64,000 nucleotides of DNA, taken from the NCBI RefSeq assembly GCF_009834535.1, contig NC_045707.1:54810001-54874000 (forward strand). Direction: 5' to 3'. The notes below the pieces were generated by a model. The model was not told the origin of the DNA. It worked only from the letters and a program-made list of their open reading frames with translations, and made no database searches. This stretch comes from Camelus ferus. Lineage: Eukaryota. The position numbers and the translations under genes were made by a program. This document shows positions 26,111 through 38,850 of this stretch, one piece after another. The stretch's first letter is position 1, and every line of letters begins with the position of its first letter.

Positions 26111-29100
26111 GACTTCTGGTTTTGGCTCTGACATGCAAAGAGCTTGGAAATCCTTACTCCCTTCCTTCCAATAAGAAAAATAAAAACTGAGTAAGCTTAA
26201 AATTACCTTTTCTTGAGTCTTTTGAAGCATATACATGCTAATTTTAATGCATTTTTAGTGGTTGGGTATGAACTAGTTTGAGGGTGAGAACTCCTAGAGG
26301 CTACAGACTTAGAGAAACACAGACTTTTATGGATTTTTCCTCCAAAGGCCTCACGAGGTCTCATGAATCTGATAAAGATCTCCTTCTACCTCTGGTAGTG
26401 AAGGGAGCTATAATCAATGCGAAATACACCCAGAACATTTTCCAGAGCAAAGGCCTGCCTCCTTGAGAAAAGAGGAAGCATCTTATTCTAGGTGGAGAAG
26501 GACATTTTTCCTCTCTTTCTATCAACCCACACACTCCAATCCTTCTTTCCATGTAAGGGAAAAGATAAGCTTTGCCAATGGAGAAACCACTTGTGATGAT
26601 CACAGCCTGGGGACATAGGCCTACTAAATGTTTGAGATTTAAGTTTTAATTGTGAGGTTACAGAATGTTTCTCCTCTCCAACATCTTACCACTACAACAA
26701 GAGACCAGCAGGGCTGCAATACAGTATTGATTATACCTGAAAAAGATTCAAGACACAGGCTATGTTTGAAGAAAAGTATTTAGAGAAGTTCAAAATAAAC
26801 AGGGGATACAAAAATAAAGAACCTAAGAAATCTGAAGACTCTGGAACCTACAGCTACAGCAAACATTAAATCCAGCCCAAATTCTAGCCAGATAAACAAG
26901 AAACTTCGCAGTAAAGACCTATTTTCTCAGTTCCTATTACCTGATGCACCATTTCAGGTATTCAACAGATGATTGCTAGGCTTGCCAAAGGCAAGAAAAA
27001 ACACAATCTGAAGGGACAAAGCAAGCATCAGAACAAGACACACACAGATGTTGTAATTATCAGACAGGGGATTTAAAATAACTGTGATTAATATGTAGAG
27101 GATTCTAAGGGAAAAAGTACACAACATGCAGATATGTATTATAAGCAAAAAGTAGGAAACTCTAGGAAAGAATTAAAAAGAAAAGTTAGAAATAAAAAAA
27201 AAAGAATCTGTAGAGAAATGAAGACTGCTTGTGATGGGATCAAAAATAAATGACACCAGGGAAAGAATTCATGAGACTCAAGATAGGTCAATAGAAATTT
27301 TCCAAAGAGAAAAAGAATTTTTAAAAAGGAACAGGACATTCAAACTGTGGAACTATTTCAAAAGATAAAAATACACAGAAGGAGAAGGTAGAAGAAAGCA
27401 GAAGAAATATTAATATATTAATGGCTATGAACATAACAAATTAATTACCAAACCAGAGTTACAGAAAGCTCAGGAAACATCATGCTAGATAAATACAAAC
27501 AAAATGAAACAAAACAAAACAACAACAGAAAATCTATGCCTACGCAAAGCATATTCAATTGTGGAAAAACCTAAGACAAAACGAAACAAAATAAAACAAA
27601 AGTAAAGGCTGTCAGAGAAAAACAAGTACTTTACCTATAAGAGAGCAAGGAAAAGAATCACAGTGCCATGGCATCAAAAAACATTAAGTCATAAGAAAGT
27701 GGAGTGAAATATTTAAGGTGTACAAGAGGGAAAAACACCAATGTAACCTAGAATTCTATATTCAGTAAAATTATCCTTCAAAAGTAAAGTAGAAATAGAA
27801 TTTTTTTCAAAAATTTAAACTGAGGTAATTCATAACTGTTAGATCTTCCTTGCAGGAAATGTTAAAAGCTTTTCTTAGGCAGAAAGAAAATGACATAAGA
27901 CAGAAGCTCAAGTCTACAAAAATAATGGAAGAATATTTAAGAAGTAATAAATAGAGGTAAAATAAAAGCTTCTATTTTTCTTATTAATTGATATAAATGA
28001 TAACTGTTTAAGCAAAAATAGTAGTACTTCTAGACTATGAAAGTTTACTTTAGTAGAATATTAAACACAGAATTAAAGTAAATTGGATCATCCCAATATA
28101 CGAATGACAGCAATGTCTTAAGGAAAGGGAGAAATTAGGAATATTTCACTATATATACACTTGCACTATGTGTAAAGTGATGTAGTGTTATTTGAAGTTG
28201 GGATTAGAATATTTGAAAACTATATTTTAGAAGATCAATGTAAGCCTAAAGCAGCAGGAGAAAAGAAATAATAAACAGGAGAGCAGAATTTGGTGTAATT
28301 GAAAAGAGAAAAGCAATAGAGAAAATTAGCAAAACCAAAGATGGTTCTTTGAAAAGATAAATAAAATTGATGATTCTCTAGCCAGGATAACAAAGAAAAA
28401 AGAGAAAAGAAAATTACCAACATCAGAAATGTCAGAGGGTAACCACTACTAACTCTCTGGACATTAAAAGGATAATAAAGTACTTCTATAAAAAACTTTA
28501 TGCTCATAAATATAGTAACTTAGATAAAATGGACTATTTCTTGCAAGATACCAATTATCAAACTCATTCAAAGAGAAATATACAATCTTAATAGGCCTAT
28601 ATCTAGTAAATAAATTAAATTAATAATTAATAATCTTCATAAAAAGAGAGCACCAGACCTAGATTGTTTCCATAGTGAATTCTATCACACATTTAAAGAA
28701 GAAATACCAATTCTTCACAAATATTTCCACAAAATTAAAGCAGTGGGGCCATTTTAAAACTCATTCTATTAGATCAGAATCACCGTCACAACAAAACTAG
28801 ATAACATCATTTCAAGAACGGAGTTCTTCAACTAATATCTCTCATGAATGTAGATGCAAAAATCCTCAACATAGTATTTGCAAATCAAATCTAACAATGC
28901 TTAGCAAAAGTTGTACACCAAGATTAAGTGGGATTTATTTTAGGTAAACAAAGCTGATAGATTTAACATTCAAACATCAGTGTTATCTACTACACCAAGT
29001 AGATAAAAATAAAAATTATATAATCATGACAATTAATGCAGAAAAAGCATTTGACAAAACCCAATGCCATTTACGATAAAAATTCTCAGCCAACTTGGAT

Positions 29101-30525
29101 TAGAGGGAGACTTTCTCAACTTGGAAAAGGATACCTGCCAAAAAAACCTAGTGCTAATTTCATATTTAATGATGAGATATTAGACATTTTCTCTTTTTAT
29201 TGATAACAGGCAAGGATGTTCCCCTCATTGTACCCATTAAATATTGTTCTATAAGTCATAGCAAGTGCAATAGAAAAAATAAAATAAAAGATAAATAGAT
29301 TGGAAAGGAAAATAAAATTACTTTTATTGTAGATGATATGAGACTTGATTGCTTATGCAGAAAGCCCTAAAGAATTAACCAAAACCAAACCAAACCAAAC
29401 CAAAAAAACCTCTGGAACTAAGAATGAGTAAAGCAAGGTTACAGGACATAAGGTTAATATACAAGAGTCAATTGCTTTCCTATAGCTCAGCAATAAACAA
29501 TTGGAATTTGGAATTTTAAAAATGCTATTTAACACAGATTTTTTTTAAAAAAATCAAAGAAATACTTAGGTATAAATCTAACAAAATATAGGTAGGATCT
29601 ATATGTGGAAACTACAAAACTCTGATGAAAGAAATAGAAGAATATCTAAATAAATATTCAGCTCTGCTGAAGACACTATTAAGAGAATCGTAAGATAAGA
29701 CATAGACTGGTAGAAAGTAATTAGAAAAATACAAAGAACTTGTATCCAAAATATACAAGGAACCATTAATATTCAACAGTAAGAAAGCAAACAGCCTAAT
29801 AAAAATGGTGGGTAAATGACCTGAAAATACATATCACCAAAGAATATATAAAGACGGCAAATAAACATATAAAATGATGCTCAACATCTTTTGTCATTAG
29901 TGAATTGCAAATTAAAGCAATTACACTACAAACTATACAAATTATCAAAATCCAGTAACATACAATACTCATTATTGGGAAGGAAGCAGAGCAAACGGAA
30001 CTCTCATTTATTACTGGTGGAGATGCAAAATGGTACAGCCACTTAGGCAGATTTTTACAAAGCAATCTAAGCTATTGTACTCTAGGTGTATGTATATCCA
30101 ACTCCTTTGAAAACTTATATCCACATAAAAACTTGCACATGAATATTTATAGCAGTTATAGTCATGATCACAAAATCTGAAATCAGCCAATAGGTGAATG
30201 GATAAACAATCTGTGGTATATCTATACAATTGAATATTATTTAGCAATTTAAAAAAAAGAGCTACCACACCACAAAAAGACATGGATGAATTTTGAATAC
30301 ATATTAATATTGAAACAAGCGTACCTAGGAAGTCCATGATTCCAATTGTATGATATGTGGAAAACATAGCAACTCTAAAAAGTTCAATGGTTTTCAGAGG
30401 CTCAGAGGCAGGTGAGGAGTGTTGAATAGGTGAAGCACAGGGATTTTTCTAGAGTGATGAAACTATTCTCTATGATACTGTAATAGTGAATGCATAGCAT
30501 GATGATTTCAAAACCCACAGGACTT
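26111..30525 (+). mobile_element. Old, internally deleted near-full-length LINE-1 (L1MC-like): 5' UTR, ORF1 and ORF2 remnants, 3' UTR
   Basis: 5' end GACTTCTGGTTTTGGCTCTGACATG; ORF1-like CCTAGAATTCTATATTCAGTAAAATTATCCTTCAAAAG; RT-region ATGAATGTAGATGCAAAAATCCTCAAC, GCAGAAAAAGCATTTGACAAAA and GTAGATGATATG (FADD motif position); many stops and indels. Confidence 0.9.
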
Positions 30526-30843
30526 GAGCAGTAGGGTTGCTTCCACATTTTGACTATTGTAAACAGTGCTGCTATGAACATTGGGGTATATCTTTTTGAA
30601 CGTGTTTGTTTTTACCACATATATAACCAGGAGTGGAACTGCTGGGTCATATGGTAGTTCTATTTTTAGCTTTTTTGAGTTACCGCCATACTGTTTTCTG
30701 TAGTAGCTGCAAAAATCTACATTCCCACTTAACAGTGTATAACCCTTCCCTTTACATCCTCTCCAACATTTGTTATGTGTACAATTTTGATGATAGCCAT
30801 TCTGATAGGGGTCAGATGAATGGATAAAGATGTGGTAGATTTT

Positions 30844-30898
<55 letters not shown>

Positions 30899-31384
30899 AA
30901 GGAGTATTACTCAGCCATAAAAAGAACAAAATTCTGCAATTACAGCAATGTGGATAAGCCTAGAGAATACTATGCTTAGTGAAATGTCAGACAGAGAAAG
31001 ACAAATACTATATGATATCATTATATCACTTACATGCAGAATCTAAAAAATAATACAAAAGAATGTGTATTAAAACAGAAACAGACTCACAGATAAAGAA
31101 AATAAATTAATGGTTACCAGGGAGGGAAGGAGGAGGGGCAAATAAGAGGTAGGGGATTACAAGTAACACTAACTACCATGTATAAAATAGCTAAGCAACA
31201 AGAACAGATTGAATACCGCAGGGAATTACAGTCATTATCTTGTAATAACTTTTAAAGCAGTGTAACCTGGAAATATTCTAAATCACTATGCTGTACATCT
31301 GAACTAGTATAATATTGTAAATCAACTATACCTCAATAAAAACAAATAGAACAAGACATGATACTTGGCAAAAACAAAACAAAG
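30526..31384 (+). mobile_element. Younger 5'-inverted (twin-primed) LINE-1 inserted into the old L1
   Basis: 30526-30812 is antisense ORF2 end (KCWRGC...KLKIELPYDPAVPLL in ORF 30508..30891). 30813-31345 is sense 3' UTR. Degenerate TSD AAAACCCACAGGACTT / AAAAACTATAGAACTT. Confidence 0.85.
30848..30890. repeat. Perfect (CA)~21 microsatellite
   Basis: Uninterrupted AC run inside the L1. Confidence 0.95.
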
Positions 31385-31964
31385 AAAAACTATAGAACTT
31401 TATAATACAGTTGTTTTTTAGTTCTATGAGGCTTTATATACATTCATAGGTACATATGTGTTCACCATTATTATATGTCTTATAAAACTGGGTTCTAGAT
31501 CAAGTTCTAGTAATAACTTATTATTCCAAACAAATTTGTCAACTATTAGTTTTAAAGCTTTTAAATAACCACTAAAAGAAAGGACATATAATTTGCAACT
31601 TCCAGATCTGTGGAGAAAAATTAAAAAGAGAAAAACTTACATTCAATCTGAGACAAAAGAAGATACTAGTATATAAATCTGTCAGTAATCATAATAGATC
31701 CAAACTTATCAATCTGCAGAGGGCAGAGTCTAAAATTGGATGCAAAAAATATCCAGATAGCACTTAATCTAAAAGTCACAAATGAAACATAATTACATTA
31801 AAACATTTAAAAAAAGTTTTACCAGGTACTTAGTAATTGAAAGAAACCTGGTAAAGTGATAATGATATTATATATTTTAAGCAAACAGGAAATAATAGGG
31901 CTAAAGCTAATAAAAGTCCCTACAAAAATGATAAAAGAAATATTCTGAGCTTTTCTGAACATTA

Positions 31965-32317
31965 TAGTGTTTACTGAGTTTTTGTGTCCTTCAAAATTCA
32001 TATGTTGAAAATCTAATCCTAATGTGATGACATTGGAGGTTGGGCCTTTGGGAGGTAATTAGGTCATGAGAATGGAACCCTCATGAATGGAATAAGTGGA
32101 CTTATAAGAAGAGGCCTGTGAGCTAGCTAGGTCTGTTTCTCCCATGTGAATATACAACCAGAAGACACCCCTTCCTATTAACCAGGAAGAGGGCACTCAC
32201 CAAGAACACAACCATGCTGACTCCCTGATCTTGGATTTCTAGCCTCCAGAACTGTGAGAAATAAATGCTAAGCCACCCAGTCTAAGGTCATTTGCTTTAG
32301 CAGTCTGAGCTAAGACA
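31965..32317 (+). mobile_element. MLT1A-type MaLR solo LTR
   Basis: CAAAATTCATATGTTGAAA...GGGCCTTTGGGAGGTAATTAGGTCATGAG...AGCCTCCAGAACTGTGAGAAATAAAT...CTAAGACA. Confidence 0.9.
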
Positions 32318-32329
32318 AAGAATATACTC

Positions 32330-32900
32330 ATTACAATATGAAGAAAACTGTAAAGTACCTGTGAACAAACCTTTCAAAAGATGCACAGGACTTAAGGAAG
32401 AAACTTATTAAACTTTATTGGATAACAGGCACCAAAGAACAAATATATATAAAATGAAAGAACTTTTCCACGTGTATAAAGTTATATACTTGGCTTATGG
32501 ATAGAAAGATTAAATATAGCAAAGATGTTCTTTCCTCCAATATAATTTATAGTTTAAATGAAATACCAATTTTGTACTATGATAGGTAACATGTTAAGCT
32601 AAGCCAAAAATTCATATGGAGAATTAAAGGGCCTAGAATAGAATATTTGAAGTAGTAGGAGGAGACAGGATATTAGAACCATTATAAAATTGTACGGACT
32701 ATAAAAATACTATTAAAAGTACACAAAGTAAAACAATGAGGTATTTTTACAGAATTCTACTATAGTGAGAAGAATGTGTGTGTGGGGGTGTGTGTGTATG
32801 ATTCGTACTATTTAAGTAATACTGCTGGAAAAAAACCCATTCATACAAACGAGTGATAAACTTAGATTTATACACCATGACTCAAAATATATCTTGGTGT
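32330..32900 (+). mobile_element. Highly decayed L1M ORF2 fragment (similar piece at ~51440-51840)
   Basis: ATGGATAGAAAGATTAAATATAGCAAAGATG...AATGAAATACCAAT...TTCATATGGAGAATTAAAGGGCCTAGAATA. Confidence 0.65.
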
Positions 32901-32909
32901 ATTAAATAT

Positions 32910-34836
32910 TGTATTAGTTTTCTAGGCTGCTGTAACCAAGTGCCATAAACTGGGTGGCTTAGAACAGAAATTTATTTTCTCAAAGCTCTGAAGTCCAGAT
33001 CCAAAATCAAGATGTTACAGGACCATACTCCTTCTGACACCCTGGCTAGCATTCTTCCTTGCCTCCTTCCTACCTTCTGGTGCCTACTATCAATCATTGT
33101 CATTCCTTGGATGGCAACTGCATCACTCCAACTCTGCCTCTTTCATCACATGCCGTTCTCTTCTGTCTCCGTCTCTGCATCCAAATTTCCCTCTTATAAG
33201 GACATTAAGCATACTGGATTAAGAGCCTACTCATACTCCAGTATGGCTTCATTTTAACTTAACTAATTACATTTATAATGAGCCTGTTTCTCAATAAGGT
33301 CACATTCTGAGGCACTGGGGTTAGGGCTTCAACATACCTTTTTGGGACAATCAAGTCAACCTGTAACAACAATACACCTCTGCCCACTTCCCCCTGACAA
33401 AAATGCATATCCTTCCCATGTGCAAAATACATCCACCCATCTTATCCCCTAAAGTCTTCAGCATTCCAGCATCAACTCTAAGTCTAAAGTCTGATCTAAA
33501 TGTCACCAATTTAAAGCCTCAAATCTCATCATCTAAATCATTTAAATCAATTATAGATGATACTCAGGATATTATTCATCCTGAGGAAAAATTCCTCTCT
33601 ATCTGTGAACTTCTGACTAGGTGGGTCTTCAATTTCCAAAATACAATGGGGGGGGGGGACCATAGAATAGATAGCCACATTTCAAAAATAAGGAACTGGA
33701 AGGAAAAAAGAGGTTACAGATATGAATAAGTCCAAAATCCAGCAGGGCAAATTCCATTAGATTTCAGGGCCTGAGAAAAATTCTCTGTGGCTCCACATTC
33801 TGTCCCCTGGGTCCCCTGGGGCAACCCTGCCCTTTCAACCCTGGGCAGGAGACTGTAGCAGTGACTTTTTCCTCCCCCCAGCCTGTGCTTTCTGTCCCAT
33901 GTTGGCAGTAGTAGCCAGGCCTGCCTCTGCATTCCAGCACTTCCCTCTGTTCCCTCTGAATTATTCTTCCTTCCTTCCTTCCCATTTCTCTCCATTTCAG
34001 TCCCTAATGGTATTGTTTCTGTTGGTAAAAAAGAAAAATTTCAAAACCTTCCTGGTGTTTCATGCAATTCTAAGGGATCCAAGCCTTCAAACAAAACAGT
34101 TCTCCTCAAGTCTTTCTTGGATAATCTCATCTCTGTTCCTGGCTTCTGCTGAGATGCTTGATCAGATTCATGAATTACCCACCGAACAGCTTTAGTAAAT
34201 GATTGCCCACCCAACCCATGGTTTATTTTTAGGATAGGCTGAGAATTCTCTAAATCATCAAGTGCTGGTTCCTTTTCACTTAGAAGTTCACTCCTCAATT
34301 TCTCTCTTTCCTCTTGAATGTTAGCAAAAATAGCAAACAGAGTTGGATGCACCTTCTATACTTTCCTTGGATATTTCCTCAGCTAAATATTTAAGTTAAT
34401 CACTTAAAAATTCTACTTTCCACAAAAAAGTACATATATAATTCAACCGAGTTCTGCCACTTTATGATAAAGGATTACCTTTCTTCCAGTTTCCAATAAC
34501 ATGTTTCTAATTTCCATCTGAGGCCTTACCAGAAGCATCTTTAATATTCACATTTCTGGTACCATTCTGTTCATAGGTTCTATAAGACAATACAAGCTTT
34601 CTACACAGCTCTCCTCACTTTTTTTCTGAGCCCTTACCTGAACTGCATCCAATGTTCTTATTTCTGCCAGTAACGTCTTTGAAGCCATCTATGCTTTTTC
34701 TATTATGTACGTCAAATTTTCTTCCATGCTCTTTCCATTATCCAATTCCAAAGACACCTCCATAGTTTCAGGTGTTAATAACAGCAGCTGTCCACTTCCT
34801 AGTACCAAAATTTGTATTAGCTTTCCCAGGGTTACT
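32910..34836 (-). mobile_element. MLT1 MaLR provirus: LTR (32910-33368), internal region (33369-34812), stub of second LTR (34813-34836)
   Basis: The LTR runs TGTATTAGTTTTCTAGGCTGCTGTAAC...CTGTAACA. Internal ORF 34041..34352 gives EEREKLRSELLSEKEPALDDLENSQP, as recalled for the MaLR internal ORF. A second TGTATTAG starts after TAGTACCAAAATT. Confidence 0.88.
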
Positions 34837-37800
34837 TTGTTTTAAAACAAACAGTAGTAGCAATACAATAATTTTATAGAGTTATTTTGTGCATTCATAG
34901 ATATATCTGTATTTTCCTTGTTTTGTACCTTAGTTTTACTCCCCAGTTTCTGAAGAATTTGGTTTACTACATGTACTTGTGAATAAACTTGGTTACCCTT
35001 GACATTTCTTGTTTCTTACTTTTTTATTCAAGTGTGGAAATTGTGAGGAGCTTATATTGCTTGACCTTAAGATTATATAACTCCTAGGTTGCATTTTCTT
35101 GAGTATTCATTCTTCTTTATAAAGATGGTGTGTGTTTATCTTCTGTCATAAAACTCATAAACATTAAAAGTCAAAATATAAAGCATAGAATGTCAAGAAT
35201 ATGAAAATAAGTGGTCTGTGATTTCTCAGAATAAAGAACAGATATTCACATATATTTTAGCACATACATAAAGTAAGCTTAAATATCACAGCGTGATGTT
35301 ATACAATACAATGATTATATATTATTTCTTTAGGTTAATTAATGAAATTGGGTGGGGAAAAAAAGGTTATATTTGAAGACCAAGAATGTCCGTATCAATA
35401 TTTTTTTTGTTGGATATTTCTCTATTTTGAATTTGCATTTCAGGAACAGCATATATTTTTAAAACATTAAGTAAAAAAATTAAAGAAATGCATAAAATGG
35501 CCACTTTACAATAATAATTCAAATTCATGAATATTAACACAAAATTTGAGCTCTAAACATGCACAGGCACTATTCTAGTTTTTATCTTCTTCAATTTTCA
35601 CAACAATCATGTTGAGTAAGTGCTACTGTTATTTGTTACTTGCATAGAAAGTTTGAGTAACCTGCCCAGGATTCAGCTGAATTAATAGGCACTGACCACA
35701 GTGTCTAGTCTCTCAAGAAATCACATCCTACCATCCAAAAATAGCAGTTTTTTTTTGTTTTTCTCTATTTTCTTCCACTAATAAAAGTTAATAGTTATAT
35801 CGAGCAGTTGCCAAGTGCTAGTCATGTTCTAAACATGTGAATTATCACATTTAAACCTCTACCCAGGCAGGAGACACTATAGTTACTTCCAATTTATAAA
35901 AGAGGAATTTGAAGCTTAAAGAACTAGGGAAAAAAAAAAAACTACAAGAGTCAAAAAATATTGCAAAGCCTGTATTCAAATCCCTACAATCTGGTAACTG
36001 AGTCCATATTTAAACAATCTCTTCTGCTTCCCAACAGTTATTTATATGATGACATTGTATATGGTGTAATCATGGTATTACAAACTACACAGCATCCAGT
36101 ATTTTAAGATTCTATTTTTATATTTAGTCTAGTATTATAAGATTTTCCTTATGGATACATATAGAATGCAGTCATTTTATGATTCAGTTATGATCTATGC
36201 TGTTTGATGTGCCACAATTTTCTTAATTTAGTTTTAAGTACACTGATGTAGATAATTGGATAGATGATACAAAGAATATCCTTTTGCATTTTTGGTTTTT
36301 AAAATAGATTTCTTCATCCTATTTAACTTTCCCAAAATATTTGAGAATATTGAGCCATTGCTTTCTAGTGTTAGAGACTTCTGTGGCTCATTCTCTGCTT
36401 TGCTAATTGATTTCATCCTTTTTATTGGCTCCTGCTTCCACCTGTAACATGTGATTGCCAAGTCTCTTTCAAAAGCTCTGGTCATTCTCCTAAATGTCAT
36501 CAGCAGATATTTCTAAGTGCTACCTAGACATCTTCACCTCATTGCTTCATAGGCACCACGTGTCAAGATTTCCAAACTAATTTTTTCTTCCTACGCACAT
36601 GGGTTTTTTCTTAGGACCATCATCTAAGATACAACATTTTTTATTCTTCCAGAAAGTGAACATATTATTTAATTCATTTCTGAGTTCTTCCTTATCTCAC
36701 ATGTAATTACTTAAAATAAATTGGGCATTTTTCTCTTGCATACTTCTAGAATCTCACGCCTTCGCTCCAAGCTAATTGCTTTTGTTTCAGTTCATATTCT
36801 TACTCTTCCTATTCACTGCAATAGCTTCCTAACAAGACTCTCTGTTCCCCATCTGCCTTTCTTCCAAATGTTGCCAATCAGCTTCCTAAAAGTCTTATCA
36901 TGTGATGTCATAACTTAAATTAATATGTCAAAAAGGTCCCATTTTTATACAGATAATTCTATAATTTATGATATGAGAGAAGTCACTCTTTTCACTGGAA
37001 AAAAATATAAAATTTATAAATAGTACTTTTGGGCATGAAAGGCAAGCCCAGACCGAAGAGGCCTAGACAACAACAAACAAAATATTCCACTGATATTATA
37101 GTAATTTTGTCTATGAATTTTAATTGTCTCCTTAGAGACTAGGTTAACAGGGCTTGAGGACCCTGGAACTGGAGAAAAAGAGAATAATCAAGAGAGGATG
37201 GAATTGAATTGCCAGAGAAAGGGACCCGAGTAAAGAAAAAAAAACTTTAGAAAGAAAGAAATAGCGAGAATGGTAGATATCACCTTATCTATGACTCCTT
37301 TTTACAATTTCTCTGCCATAGATTCTTAGTACTTGTTAATTTATAGGGCAATTACTGAATGACATGGAATTTTCTAGGTACTTGTAATAGCCTAGTCAAC
37401 AAAACTGGCAAAAAAAAAAAAAAAATCCTAAGGGATCTTACATTCTAACAGACAACATAAACAAAGGAAATATGACTCAACTTCTAGGGCATAGTTCCAA
37501 ACATCTCTACTTATTTATAAATAATTAAGACCAATACTAAAGCCAATAAAAAGTTCAAAAATGATTGGCACTTCAAAGAAATTCATATATTCTTTTGATT
37601 TTTCAGAACATGGTACTGGTCCATGAACAATTGAGCAAAGCCATTAGTCGTCATCAACATTTATCTATGAATTCTCTCACGGACAAACTACACATACACA
37701 CACACACAACATACATACACACACACACAGAGACACACACTGACACCTGAAAGGGATATGGCTACACACACGTATTTTTCTGTTTGGTGGCTATCTGAAT

Positions 37801-37932
37801 CCCAAAATGTCTGGGTGATAATGGAAGTTGAGGGAAAATAGATTTGTGGAGGAAGAATAAGATAGAGTTTGAAGTGACAGACTAATTTCTGTTCCTGTGT
37901 GTCACTGGACAAGTTACTTAGCTGTTCTAATT

Positions 37933-38850
37933 CAACAGTACTCAAACTTTTGGGTCTCAAGACTTTTTTACACTAGTTAAATTATTGAGAGCCCTAAAGA
38001 ATTTTTGTTTATGTGTGGTATAGTTTTTATGTTAAAGAGAAAACATGGACATTTTTATAATATTTATATGTTAAATCCTATTAAAATGACAACAGTAAAA
38101 CTATTACATTTTAATAATTATCTTTTCCAAACCCACACAAATTTAGTGAGAACAAGTGGTATTGCTCTTTATTTTTATAAAGTCTCTTTAATGTTTTGTT
38201 TATTGTATTGTCTTATCTGTTTTGGTATTTATTATGTTGGAAAATGTCATTTTGCTTGGAATATATAAAATAAATCCAGCTTCATATTCAGTCTTTAGAC
38301 AACTGGAGATATTTTTCTTTGACACTAAAACTTCACTCAGTATATACAGTTTCTGAATGATTAGTTGCAACATGGAAACTGAAACCATACCAGGGACCAT
38401 TTCTTACTCTGTTATATTAAAACTGATTGGTCTATGTTACACTTTTAATAAATTCTTTACCTATGTATGATTTTGGAAATTATTGGTTTATTGAACCATG
38501 TACATCTTCCAAGCATTGTCACATTTAATAATGTATATTCAGAAAATCATATTAATATCTTTATTGATATCATCAGAACAGTAAGTATTGAGAAGATGTC
38601 AAAGTTACAGTGGTAGATATAAGTTTTCTGAATGTTTAATTTTCTTCCCCAAACAGTATTCTCAGTTTTGAATCTTATACTTTCTGTTTTGATTTTCAGA
38701 TCATTATGCACTCCAGGGGATTCCCTGTGCTTTCTTTCCAAAAAAACTTTGTATTTAGTTATTTTTGATTTTAAAGGCATTTTACTTAACTTACTGGTAG
38801 ATTCTGATGTTTCAGAAACTAGAAATCTTTCAATCAGTTATTAGTTTTCA
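37933..38850. mobile_element. Charlie1-type hAT DNA transposon fossil
   Basis: Terminus CAACAGTACTCAAACTTTTGGGTCTCAAGAC...AATTATTGAGAGCCCTAAAGAATTTTTGTTTATGTG; internal TTAGTTGCAACATGGAAACTGAAACCATA. Confidence 0.8.
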
